DNA from: a candidate division WOR-3 bacterium
Lineage (GTDB): Bacteria > Hydrothermota > Tepidihabitantia > Tepidihabitantales > Tepidihabitantaceae
Length of the DNA stretch: 28,450 nt
Assembly: GCA_039801225.1 (NCBI GenBank)
Contig: JBDRUH010000015.1
Coordinates: 1-28,450, forward strand
Reading direction: 5' to 3'
A model generated the notes under the pieces. It was not told the origin of the DNA and made no database searches. It saw nothing but the letters and a program-made list of their open reading frames with translations. Shown here in pieces: positions 7,141-15,456 of the stretch (position 1 is its first letter; every line of letters begins with the position of its first letter). A program made the position numbers and the translations under genes.

Positions 7141-9534
7141 TTAAAAAATTGCTATCGCTACCTGGCCAAGAGATAGTCCACCGTCGTTTAAAGGGACTGA
7201 TTGGTTGTGGTAGACTTGCATTCCCGCCCTAATGAGGCTTTTTTTCAATCCCCTGCGAAGCAGAGTGTTTTGAAAACAGCCTCCAGAAAGGCAGATTGTC
7301 TTTGTCCTAAATTTTCTCGCAAGATGAAGTGCGCCAGTTACAAAGAGGTGAACCAAGGTTTGGTGAAACCATAACGCTACCCTTTCGGGCGGCTCTTTTG
7401 CTAGAACTTTTTCCACCGTTTGATATATGATGGGTTTAGGGTCGATAATGAGCGGAATTCGGAATTCGGAATGTGGACGGCAGAAGTGGGCTCTATTCAG
7501 CATTTGGAATCCCACCTTTCGCCCTTTTTTTGCATTAACCGCCGCAGCCTCTAAAGCAATCGCCGCCTCACCTTCAAATGTCGCCCGTCGGCAAATGCCG
7601 GTTATTGCGGCAACCGAATCAAAAAGCCTTCCTAAACTTGATGTTACCACCGGACGCCTGCTGGCAGCGGTGGTGTTAATATTCTTGTCTGTCAGGTTGA
7701 GGTTAAGGAGAGCCGATTTCTCAACACCAGACTGAACACAGTAGGCTATAGCCAGTTCAACCGGGTCGGCAATAATGTCGGCACCAGCGGTATGTTCTAG
7801 ATAACCAAGGTGACCAACCCTTGCCCAAGACAGGTCATTATTTATCAAAAGGAACTCACATCCCCAGATTGCACCGTCGGTGCCATATCCTGTGCCATCA
7901 AAGGCGAGCCCTAAAACTGGACCAGAAAGGTTGTGTTCCACCATAACTGAGAGGATATGAGCATAGTGATGCTGAACCCGGAGGAGTTTCGCGCCCAACT
8001 CTTGGCTGAGCCGCTCTGCCAACCGGGTGGAATGGTAATCGGGATGAAGGTCACAGACAATTCTTTCTGGAGACAGTTTTGTCCATGCGGTCAGTCGTTG
8101 CAAAGTTTTGAGAAAAAACCGTTCGGTATTCCTGGATGCCATATCGCCAATATGGGGGCTAAGAAAGAGCTTTTTGCCTCGGGCTAAGCAGAAGGTGTTG
8201 CGCTGGTCTCCGCCTATTCCTAAAGTGGTATGTTTCACGTGAAACCTTTCACCTGCGGATAAAGGTTGGGGGGCATAACCTCTTGCGCGGCGGACCATAA
8301 CCGGATTTTTCCCATCAACAATGAGAACCGAATCGTCACAACGATTAGCGATGGCTCGGTTATGGGTCAGAACTAAAATTTTGGATTTTTGTTTTTGGAT
8401 TTTGGAGGGAGCGCCTTCAAGTTGAGAAAGCAACTCTTTTTCAGTTGTAGCGATAGGCTCATCTGCTGGATTGGCGCTGGTCATAACTAAAACTGGCGGT
8501 TTATTGGTAATAGAGCGGAGGAATTGGAAGAGAAGGAGGTGCAGCGGGGTGTAGGCTAACATTACCCCTAAGTTAGGGTTGTTGGGTGCAACAAGTGGGG
8601 ACAATGAAATTGCCGGCGCTACCTTTTTGGGTAAAAGGAGAATCGGGGCGGCAGAAGAACGAAGGAGTTTTGCGGCGGTGGCGCTTATTTGGCAGAGAGA
8701 CCGAGCGGTGTTGAGGTCATCAACCATCAGCGCTAACGGTTTACTGCGGCGCTCTTTACTCTCTCGGAGGAGTCTCACCGCCTGGTCATTTGTGGCATCA
8801 CAGGCGATATGAAACCCACCCAGCCCCTTAATTGCCACCAATTTACCATTCGCTAACGCCTGAGCCGCCAGTAAAATTAGGCTGTCTGCAGCTGGCTGTC
8901 GGCAGTTGGCTGTCGGCAGTTGGCTGTGTAGTCTTAACTTCGGCCCGCATTTCGGGCAGGCGATAGGCTCAGCATGAAATCGGCGGTTGCTCGGGTCAAG
9001 GTATTCCTTTCTACACTCTGGACACATTAAAAACCTAGACATAGTTGTTCGCACCCGGTCATAGGGCAGGTTTTCAATTATGGTGTATCGCGGACCGCAT
9101 TGAGTGCAGTTAATAAATGGGTAGAGAAAGCGTCGGTCTGTTGGGGTAAGAAGTTCTCGCCGGCACTCAGGACAGATATTAAGGTCGGGCAGAACTTCAG
9201 CAGCTGTAGGCTGTGGGCTGTCGCCCGGAATCGGGCGCCCGATTTGGGCGGTTGTTGACTCAATTGAGTGGCGAATGGAAAATTTGGCGAAGGGTTTGGT
9301 TTTTATCTGGGTTACTTGAAAAGAGGTGATTTTTGCCATTGGTGGTGGAAAAGAGCGCAGGCGGTGGATGAAATCTTTTACCTTATCTCCTTGGGCTAAT
9401 ATAACTACCCCAGTTAAAGTATTGGCAACATAACCTTTTATATTATAAGATTTTGCTAAGCGAAAGACAAAAGGACGGAAGCCAAGACCCTGGACTTGCC
9501 CTTTGATTACGATACAAAAAGATGGCTGTTTCAA
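7141..9534 (-). CDS. hypF: Carbamoyltransferase HypF ([NiFe]-hydrogenase maturation)
   Basis: Acylphosphatase-like GQVQGLGFRPF; two Zn fingers (CPEC..NCTQCGPRY; CPEC..ACPKCGP); AIKGLGGFH; MTSAN; CDLHPDY; VQHHYAH; DGTGYGTDGAIWGCE; SSLGRLFD; PLNDGGLSLGQ. Confidence 0.95.
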   Translation of the reverse strand: MKQPSFCIVIKGQVQGLGFRPFVFRLAKSYNIKGYVANTLTGVVILAQGDKVKDFIHRLRSFPPPMAKITSFQVTQIKTKPFAKFSIRHSIESTTAQIGRPIPGDSPQPTAAEVLPDLNICPECRRELLTPTDRRFLYPFINCTQCGPRYTIIENLPYDRVRTTMSRFLMCPECRKEYLDPSNRRFHAEPIACPKCGPKLRLHSQLPTANCRQPAADSLILLAAQALANGKLVAIKGLGGFHIACDATNDQAVRLLRESKERRSKPLALMVDDLNTARSLCQISATAAKLLRSSAAPILLLPKKVAPAISLSPLVAPNNPNLGVMLAYTPLHLLLFQFLRSITNKPPVLVMTSANPADEPIATTEKELLSQLEGAPSKIQKQKSKILVLTHNRAIANRCDDSVLIVDGKNPVMVRRARGYAPQPLSAGERFHVKHTTLGIGGDQRNTFCLARGKKLFLSPHIGDMASRNTERFFLKTLQRLTAWTKLSPERIVCDLHPDYHSTRLAERLSQELGAKLLRVQHHYAHILSVMVEHNLSGPVLGLAFDGTGYGTDGAIWGCEFLLINNDLSWARVGHLGYLEHTAGADIIADPVELAIAYCVQSGVEKSALLNLNLTDKNINTTAASRRPVVTSSLGRLFDSVAAITGICRRATFEGEAAIALEAAAVNAKKGRKVGFQMLNRAHFCRPHSEFRIPLIIDPKPIIYQTVEKVLAKEPPERVALWFHQTLVHLFVTGALHLARKFRTKTICLSGGCFQNTLLRRGLKKSLIRAGMQVYHNQSVPLNDGGLSLGQVAIAIF
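8231..8246. promoter_or_regulatory. parS: parS site (ParB/Spo0J binding) inside hypF
   Basis: TGTTTCACGTGAAACC is a 15/16 match to TGTTNCACGTGAAACA with a perfect 14-bp palindromic core; ~1.3 kb from dnaA. Confidence 0.85.
8881..8929. repeat. Heptamer tandem array inside hypF
   Basis: gctgtct gcagctg gctgtcg gcagttg gctgtcg gcagttg gctgtgt; encodes HSQLPTANCRQPAADS. Confidence 0.85.
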
Positions 9535-9660
9535 AATTAAACTTAAGTGCTAAGTTTTTATTTTTTAATTACTTAATCAAACTATTCCCGCATTGCCCTC
9601 CTATAAATTGCCAGGGCAAATCATTAATTGCTCCCTAGTTTGAATTTAGATGGGCGAAAC

Positions 9661-10824
9661 TTACGGCGTTGGCTCTTGGGGTGTTGTGCTGGTAGAATCC
9701 ACCTTCTTCTGTGCAACAAGACTCTCTTCTTCCGGGACTTCAAATATATTTTTATCGTCCTTCTTTTTAATAAGAACGGCGATGGAAAGAACATTCCCCG
9801 AAAACCAAATCGCACACCCGTAAGCGATCACCATTAGCGCTATCGCATAACCGCATAACCCTAAAAGCATTGCACCAATGTTGAGGTCTATTGCGCTGTT
9901 CTCCCATACTTCGGGCAAGTAAATCTGGGGCAGTCCATAAAGATTTGCTTCGTGGAGAAGTGTGTAATGTAATATTTTGAATACGCCCCAATTAGGGATT
10001 GCAACCTTGAAAATAAAAGATGCGCCGTTGAGAAGTTCTTTCCAGGAGTCGCGCATAAAAGTAAGGAGAACTAAAGAACCAATTCTACCAGCGAGGCTGG
10101 AGCCAAGACCGAGGAGAAAAGAGCCCACCTTAGCAAGAAAGCCAATAACAAATGTGTACCAAACTAGTCGTGCGGGTTGTTCATTCACGCAGGAGAAGAC
10201 CTCAAACAAAGTGTCAAAGGTATCGTTGCCCATTGCACCGACAACGCTTGGCGCAAGGAATATGGTAAAAACAAGGACGATTAAGAGATAAGTAATGAAA
10301 AGTGAAGCGAGAAATGCGATAATTCCCATAAGCCCAACAAATATGGGACCAAATTTTGGGATACTGCCCATGGCGCTAAGGATCAGTCCAGCGATAACCA
10401 CCAAGGCAATGAAGGCGATTATTAAAAGCGGGCTGCCGAGCACAGCGCCGGCGTTTTTCAGACTGAACCGGAACGCCTCACCGGCCTCAAAAAACTCGTT
10501 ACCCTTTAACTGTTCGCAGGTTACCTTTGCTATCGCCGTCCCGGTCAGAAGCATAACGCAGAGAGCCCAAATAACACCGATTGCATAGATGACCCAGGAA
10601 TACCAGGGGAAAGGAAGGGTTTCCGCAGGAAAGGGGAGGAGGCGGTAGGTCTCCCAAATGGAGAGCCAGTCATTGCCGGCGACAATATGGGCAATGTATG
10701 TAAGGAGTGAGTAACCGGCCAATCCGATTAGTAGACCCACCATTGCCATCCCAATCTTTTTCGCCGAAAAGCCCATCCTTAACGCTCGAAAGACATCTTT
10801 ATAGTTGAATTGAATTCCAGTCAT
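9661..10824 (-). CDS. Uncharacterised multi-pass membrane protein
   Basis: 387-aa ORF with several hydrophobic helices; strong AAAAGGAGG SD. Confidence 0.8.
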   Translation of the reverse strand: MTGIQFNYKDVFRALRMGFSAKKIGMAMVGLLIGLAGYSLLTYIAHIVAGNDWLSIWETYRLLPFPAETLPFPWYSWVIYAIGVIWALCVMLLTGTAIAKVTCEQLKGNEFFEAGEAFRFSLKNAGAVLGSPLLIIAFIALVVIAGLILSAMGSIPKFGPIFVGLMGIIAFLASLFITYLLIVLVFTIFLAPSVVGAMGNDTFDTLFEVFSCVNEQPARLVWYTFVIGFLAKVGSFLLGLGSSLAGRIGSLVLLTFMRDSWKELLNGASFIFKVAIPNWGVFKILHYTLLHEANLYGLPQIYLPEVWENSAIDLNIGAMLLGLCGYAIALMVIAYGCAIWFSGNVLSIAVLIKKKDDKNIFEVPEEESLVAQKKVDSTSTTPQEPTP

Positions 10825-10842
10825 TTTGCTGCCTCCTTTTGG

Positions 10843-11007
10843 TTAAGAAAAAAGAACCTTGATTACCATTAAAAGAATAAAAAAAATCCCTGCCCAGAGG
10901 AGCCAAACAGTCCAGCGCCAAGGGAGTTGATAGCGCCGGCGGGGGAAAAATTTTCGTCGGGCAAGCAACCCTTTATCTTCTGGCTTCTCTTTTGGAAGAT
11001 AACTCAT
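10843..11007 (-). CDS. Small single-pass membrane protein (54 aa)
   Basis: Manual translation MSYLPKEKPEDKGLLARRKFFPRRRYQLPWRWTVWLLWAGIFFILLMVIKVLFS*. It has a basic N-terminus and a TM helix, lies behind TTGACA-N16-GAAAAT (11019-11046), and ends just before the SD of the next gene. Confidence 0.65.
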   Translation of the reverse strand: MSYLPKEKPEDKGLLARRKFFPRRRYQLPWRWTVWLLWAGIFFILLMVIKVLFS

Positions 11008-11099
11008 TTACTGTTTTAATTTTCCACAATATAAGCAACCTGTCAAGAATTTTAAGCAAGAAGATTTAGGCAAAAACTGTAACTTGATACAGAAGAAGG

Positions 11100-12599
11100 T
11101 CATCGGGATTCGGTTCTCGGGCTCTTTTGTAAGATGACCATTTTCTTTATCCCTTTTGAAGTGGGGCAAAAGTAGACACCTGGTGGCGGTTTTTCGGTGT
11201 TAAGCCTTCGGCCAGACAGGTCAAAGGGCTGTCGGCTGTCGGCTGTCGGCTGTCGGTTGTCGGCTCTCGGCCCTCCGCTTTCGGCTCTCGGCTGAAACCA
11301 GGCAAGGTATGTGTCAAAATAAACCCCTTGAGGATAGATTTTGCCATAATAACTAAAAATGGCGCCAGTGGCAACCGCTCTGGGGCGGGCGGTTTCAAAC
11401 AAGGCGTTTGTTCTTGGGTCATTTAATTTAACCGGTGAAGTCCAGACGCCGGGCGCATAACTGGGGCTATAGCGGGAGTAGACCACCGTTGGGTCGTTTG
11501 CCTTTTTTCCGCCGCAGGTATAGGCGAGATGGACTTTATAATTACCAGCGTAAAGAGAGGGCCACCACTCGTCTATAAACCTATCGCCTAAGTTAATTGC
11601 TTCATTCCAAGATATGCCGCAATCGGTAGAAAATCTAACGACCAAATCAAGGTTTTCGGTGTCACGGCGAGCCACAGACCAGGTTGCCCATAATGTCGCC
11701 TGCCAGGGTGGAAAGGTGTCACTTTGGGCAACCACCGGGTTAAAGCACTTCTCCTTCTTCTCCGATAGCACTGTGAGCCATGACCAGTGAGCCGGAGCAC
11801 CGTAGTAGCGATTAAAGGCATAATGAATCTCTCTGCCGTTAAGGGCATAACGCCAGACACAGTGGAGGACCGATCCACTGCCAAAAGATATACAGGGGTC
11901 ATAACAGTTCCAGAAGTCCTGGGGCATTTCCCAGGTGAGACCCCGATTAAATGAACGGAGGAAACTGCCGTTTCTACCCGGGCGGTGTTCGTTTACATAG
12001 AGGCAGTAGAGGTAATAGTTGGTGTCTTTATCAACCGTTACTGAAAAGTCGTCAATGGTATCTGGTCCAACCGCCACCGGTAGTGTATCCCAAGAGGTTT
12101 CCGATACCCGTAGGACCCAAAGGTCGCCAGAGTTCTCGGGTGTAAGGTAGAAGACATAAGCCGGGCTGGGGTCTTCATTTCCGGTAACCATCTCAATCCG
12201 GGGGATTTCCCTGTTTAATAGAATAGAAAATGATTGATGCCAACTGGTGCCCTGGTCAGAGGAAAAGTAAAGGGAAATTTCTCCTTCGGGTGTAGCCAAT
12301 GCCACCCAGATTCTCTCCTTTGAGTCGGTGGCGGTTGTGAAGGAGGTGATGGCACCGGTGTAAATCGGAATGTCAAAGCCGGCAAACTCTCCGGCTATCG
12401 GCTTTTGGCTATCGGCTGTCCGCTTTTGGCTTTTGGCTATCGGCTGTTCGCTGTCGGCTGAAATATTGGCACAAGTTTTTCTTTTGTAGGGCAAACCTTG
12501 GCAAATCGCCCCCGCATCGCGGGCAGGTTTGCTTAGCCCGGGACCAGAAAACTGAGGAACGGAAAGGAGAAAGGCGAGAAGGGAAAGACCTAAAAGCAC
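11100..12599 (-). CDS. Exported BNR/Asp-box (sialidase-like beta-propeller) protein with a short T9SS-like C-terminal tail
   Basis: N-terminal hydrophobic signal; Asp-boxes SSDQGTSW, SFNRGLTW and STDCGISW; C-terminus FDLSGRR...PPGVYF...KKMVI. Confidence 0.7.
   Translation of the reverse strand: MLLGLSLLAFLLSVPQFSGPGLSKPARDAGAICQGLPYKRKTCANISADSEQPIAKSQKRTADSQKPIAGEFAGFDIPIYTGAITSFTTATDSKERIWVALATPEGEISLYFSSDQGTSWHQSFSILLNREIPRIEMVTGNEDPSPAYVFYLTPENSGDLWVLRVSETSWDTLPVAVGPDTIDDFSVTVDKDTNYYLYCLYVNEHRPGRNGSFLRSFNRGLTWEMPQDFWNCYDPCISFGSGSVLHCVWRYALNGREIHYAFNRYYGAPAHWSWLTVLSEKKEKCFNPVVAQSDTFPPWQATLWATWSVARRDTENLDLVVRFSTDCGISWNEAINLGDRFIDEWWPSLYAGNYKVHLAYTCGGKKANDPTVVYSRYSPSYAPGVWTSPVKLNDPRTNALFETARPRAVATGAIFSYYGKIYPQGVYFDTYLAWFQPRAESGGPRADNRQPTADSRQPFDLSGRRLNTEKPPPGVYFCPTSKGIKKMVILQKSPRTESR
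11227..11296. repeat. Heptamer tandem array (10 units, GGCTGTC type)
   Basis: ggctgtc x4, then ggttgtc ggctctc ggccctc cgctttc ggctctc ggctgaa. Confidence 0.92.
12393..12462. repeat. Heptamer tandem array (10 units, GGCTATC/GGCTTTT type)
   Basis: ggctatc ggctttt ggctatc ggctgtc cgctttt ggctttt ggctatc ggctgtt cgctgtc ggctgaa. Confidence 0.92.
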
Positions 12600-12604
12600 G
12601 GAAG

Positions 12605-12633
12605 ATTAAAATCGTTTTGAAGCCAAAAGTCAA
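12605..12633 (-). promoter_or_regulatory. Promoter for the BNR protein (leaderless)
   Basis: TTGACT-N17-TTTAAT, 5 nt before GTG 12599. Confidence 0.5.
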
Positions 12634-12749
12634 TAGAAACCGACCGCTGACGGCTGTCAGCCTCTTCGCTCGGGGTAGGCTTTTGGCTTTTAGCTTTTGA
12701 CTTCTCCCAGACTCGGGCACTCCGCTTATCACATCACGGGGCGCAATCA

Positions 12750-12777
12750 TTGACAGTGAAAGGGATTTGTTTATTCT
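12750..12777 (+). promoter_or_regulatory. Promoter for tldD-tldE-lon-like operon (leaderless)
   Basis: TTGACA-N16-TATTCT, 6 nt before ATG 12784. Confidence 0.7.
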
Positions 12778-12783
12778 TACTTA

Positions 12784-14154
12784 ATGACTTGGAAACCTTT
12801 TTTAGAGGGAATACTCACTGGTTTAGGAGTGAGCTACGCCGACATTCGTATAGAGGAGAGCGATGGAACAAGGATTTTTTACCGGGGTAAGGAGTTAGAG
12901 GAGATTGGCAGTAATTTTGAACGTGGCGGTTGTTTAAGGGTTTTTCACCAGGGGAACTGGGGTGTTGCGACATTCAACAATATTGGCGAGAACCTGCGTC
13001 AACTGGCGATAGAACTTGCCAGGGAGGTGGAAAAGTTACCCCGACGCGAGGGCGGGCTAAGTTTGCTTTCGGCGTTTAATGATATTGTCCGCATTCCTGA
13101 ATCGGCGGATCCCAGGCGGGTGAGTTTGGCAGAAAAAAAGGGGCTGATTCATAACTACAACGAGATTCTCCTTAAAGCGAAAGGGGTTATTACTACTGTG
13201 GCAGTATATCAGGATAGCCACCGAGTTACCTACTTCTACTCCACTGAGGGTAGGTATATTGAAGAGGAAAGGGTATATACCGGTTTTTCCTGCCGGGCGA
13301 TTGCCCGGGATGGGGCAAACATTCAGGACTACGGGGAATCTTTTGGTAAGAGTTTAGGTTTTGACTCCCTGAAAAATCACGAGGCGATGGTGGAAAGGGT
13401 GGCGAAGATTGCGGTTGATCTTCTCAAAGCGGAGCCGGTTCGTGCCGGGCGGTATAAGGTGGTGATTGACCCACTCCTTAGCGGGATTTTTGCCCATGAG
13501 GCTTTTGGGCACTTGAGCGAGGCGGACCATATTGCCGAGAATGAAAGGTTGCGGGAGATGATGCGAATTGGCGCCCGATTTGGGATAGATGAGTTGACGA
13601 TTGTGGACGATGCCACCCTGCCTAATGAGCGGGGCAGTTTCCGCTACGATGATGAAGGGGCACCAGGGCGAAGGACAGAATTGATAAAGCAGGGGGTGCT
13701 CGCTGGGCACCTGCATAACCGGCAGACATCAGCAAGGATGGGTGAACCCAATTTCGGCAATGGTCGGGCGGTTTCCTATAGGTTTGCACCAATCGTCCGA
13801 ATGAGTAACACCTTTATTGAGCCGAGGGACAAAAACTTACAGGAGATGCTCGATGATATAGCAGAAGGGTTGTATGTGGTCGGAAGCCGGGGTGGAATGA
13901 CCGAACTTGAGGCGTTTACCTTTTCTTCCCAATATGCCTTTAAGATTGAAAAAGGGAGACTGACCAATATGGTCAGGGATGTTACCCTTTCGGGAAATGT
14001 TTTTGAAACCCTTAAGAACATTGAGGCGATTGGCAATGACCTAATTATTTATGGCGGAATCGGTGGTTGTGGTAAAGGAGGGCAGGCACCACTACCTGTG
14101 GGAACGGGAGGTCCGCATCTTATGATTAAGGATGTGATTATTGGTGGGAGGTAA
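12784..14154 (+). CDS. tldD: TldD family metalloprotease, catalytic subunit
   Basis: FAHEAFGHLSEAD (HExxxH), DDEG, PIVRMSNT and GGCGKGGQ (Cys ligand). Confidence 0.9.
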   Translation: MTWKPFLEGILTGLGVSYADIRIEESDGTRIFYRGKELEEIGSNFERGGCLRVFHQGNWGVATFNNIGENLRQLAIELAREVEKLPRREGGLSLLSAFNDIVRIPESADPRRVSLAEKKGLIHNYNEILLKAKGVITTVAVYQDSHRVTYFYSTEGRYIEEERVYTGFSCRAIARDGANIQDYGESFGKSLGFDSLKNHEAMVERVAKIAVDLLKAEPVRAGRYKVVIDPLLSGIFAHEAFGHLSEADHIAENERLREMMRIGARFGIDELTIVDDATLPNERGSFRYDDEGAPGRRTELIKQGVLAGHLHNRQTSARMGEPNFGNGRAVSYRFAPIVRMSNTFIEPRDKNLQEMLDDIAEGLYVVGSRGGMTELEAFTFSSQYAFKIEKGRLTNMVRDVTLSGNVFETLKNIEAIGNDLIIYGGIGGCGKGGQAPLPVGTGGPHLMIKDVIIGGR

Positions 14155-14157
14155 GCG

Positions 14158-15456
14158 ATGAGGCACGAAGTTTTAGGACTAATGCAGGCACGAGTTGATG
14201 AGGCGGATGTTTTTGAAAGGGAAAGCGATTCTCTTGAGGTTGAGTTCCGGCAGGGGGAGTTTTACTCTCAGGAGATAAAGGGCTGTCGCGGGTGGGGAGT
14301 GCGGGTGATTGTTGGCGGTAGGCTCGGTTTTGCCGCCAGCACCAACCCGGCGCGGCTTCAAGAGACGGTTGATGCGGCAATTGAGGCGGCGGGTCATTCA
14401 AGGACGGTTCAATTTCACCTGCCACCGCCGTTAAATCCATCATCGGTGCCGATATTTGAGAATCGGGTGATGCTTATCTCAGTGGAAAGGCTGCGGGAGT
14501 GGGGTAAAGACCTGATTGAAGCGATGCGAGCGCGGGCGCCCGAGGCAAAACTGGACATAAAACTCCGCCGGACTTACCGAAATGTTGGCATTGTGAGCAC
14601 AACTGGTATAGACCTTTCCTTTGAGCGGACAGAACTTGATGTCTCAATTACCGCGCTTTTAGTGGATGAAGGTATTTACTGGATTTTTGACTACCTAAAC
14701 CTTTCTAATGGTCAACCGTTACCGCTTGAGGGAACTACCGAGCGCCTGGCGACGCTGGTGGCGATGGCAAAAGGAAAGGCTAAGGTTAAAACCGGCGAAT
14801 TTCCGGTGGTGGTGATGCCCACGGCAGTTTATGAACTCCTTTTGCCCTTAACCATAGCGGTGAATGGGAAGCAGAAGGAGAAGCGGACATCGCCATTGTT
14901 AGGGCGCGAGGGTGAGAAGGTGTTGAGCGAGAAAATCACGATTGTTGACAATCCGCTCAGACCGTTTGGTTTGGCCTCAATGCCCTTTGACGGGGATGGA
15001 TTGCCGGCAAAAAGGAGCCCACTTTTTGAAAAAGGGGTGTTTAAAGGTTTTCTTTTTGATATTGCTACCGCTCAGGCCTGTGGTTGCGAATCCACCGGGT
15101 CTGCAATCCGAGACTACTCCCACTTACCACAACCCGGCGTTACCAACCTTGAGATTGAGCCAGGCACCTCAGAACTTGATGAGGTGTTGAAGGGGATAAA
15201 GGAGGGATTGTTGGTTTACGGGTTTATTGGTGGGGGTCAGTCAAACCTTTTGGCGGGCGAGGTGACATTGAATGTCTCTTGTGGGTTTAAGGTGGAGAAT
15301 GGGGCGGTCGTTGGTCGGGTGAAAGATGTTAGTATCGGGGGAAATGTTTATGAGATGTTCAAAGAGGTCTTGGCGGTGGGCAACACCCAGAAGGATTTAG
15401 GTGAGGCGTTTTTCCCCTTTATAGCATTTCCCCGGTTGAAGGTGGCTGCTAAGTAG
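14158..15456 (+). CDS. tldE: TldE/PmbA family protein, non-catalytic subunit
   Basis: Follows tldD; PFDGDG, LFEKGVFKGFLFD and GFKVENG motifs; lacks HExxH. Confidence 0.82.
   Translation: MRHEVLGLMQARVDEADVFERESDSLEVEFRQGEFYSQEIKGCRGWGVRVIVGGRLGFAASTNPARLQETVDAAIEAAGHSRTVQFHLPPPLNPSSVPIFENRVMLISVERLREWGKDLIEAMRARAPEAKLDIKLRRTYRNVGIVSTTGIDLSFERTELDVSITALLVDEGIYWIFDYLNLSNGQPLPLEGTTERLATLVAMAKGKAKVKTGEFPVVVMPTAVYELLLPLTIAVNGKQKEKRTSPLLGREGEKVLSEKITIVDNPLRPFGLASMPFDGDGLPAKRSPLFEKGVFKGFLFDIATAQACGCESTGSAIRDYSHLPQPGVTNLEIEPGTSELDEVLKGIKEGLLVYGFIGGGQSNLLAGEVTLNVSCGFKVENGAVVGRVKDVSIGGNVYEMFKEVLAVGNTQKDLGEAFFPFIAFPRLKVAAK

Noticed and set aside
9593..9619. Hairpin TTGCCCT...AGGGCAA as a terminator
   Set aside because: 13-nt loop and no U-tract on the relevant strand; too weak to call.
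11227..12462. Repeat arrays as CRISPR
   Set aside because: Units are 7-bp tandem repeats without spacers, and there are no cas genes.
12409..12750. 113-aa minus-strand ORF
   Set aside because: Its start is the TTGACA-adjacent promoter sequence; it overlaps the BNR gene out of frame and is built from repeats.
12784..15456. TldDE as part of a RiPP/microcin cluster
   Set aside because: No precursor peptide, YcaO, radical SAM enzyme or exporter nearby.
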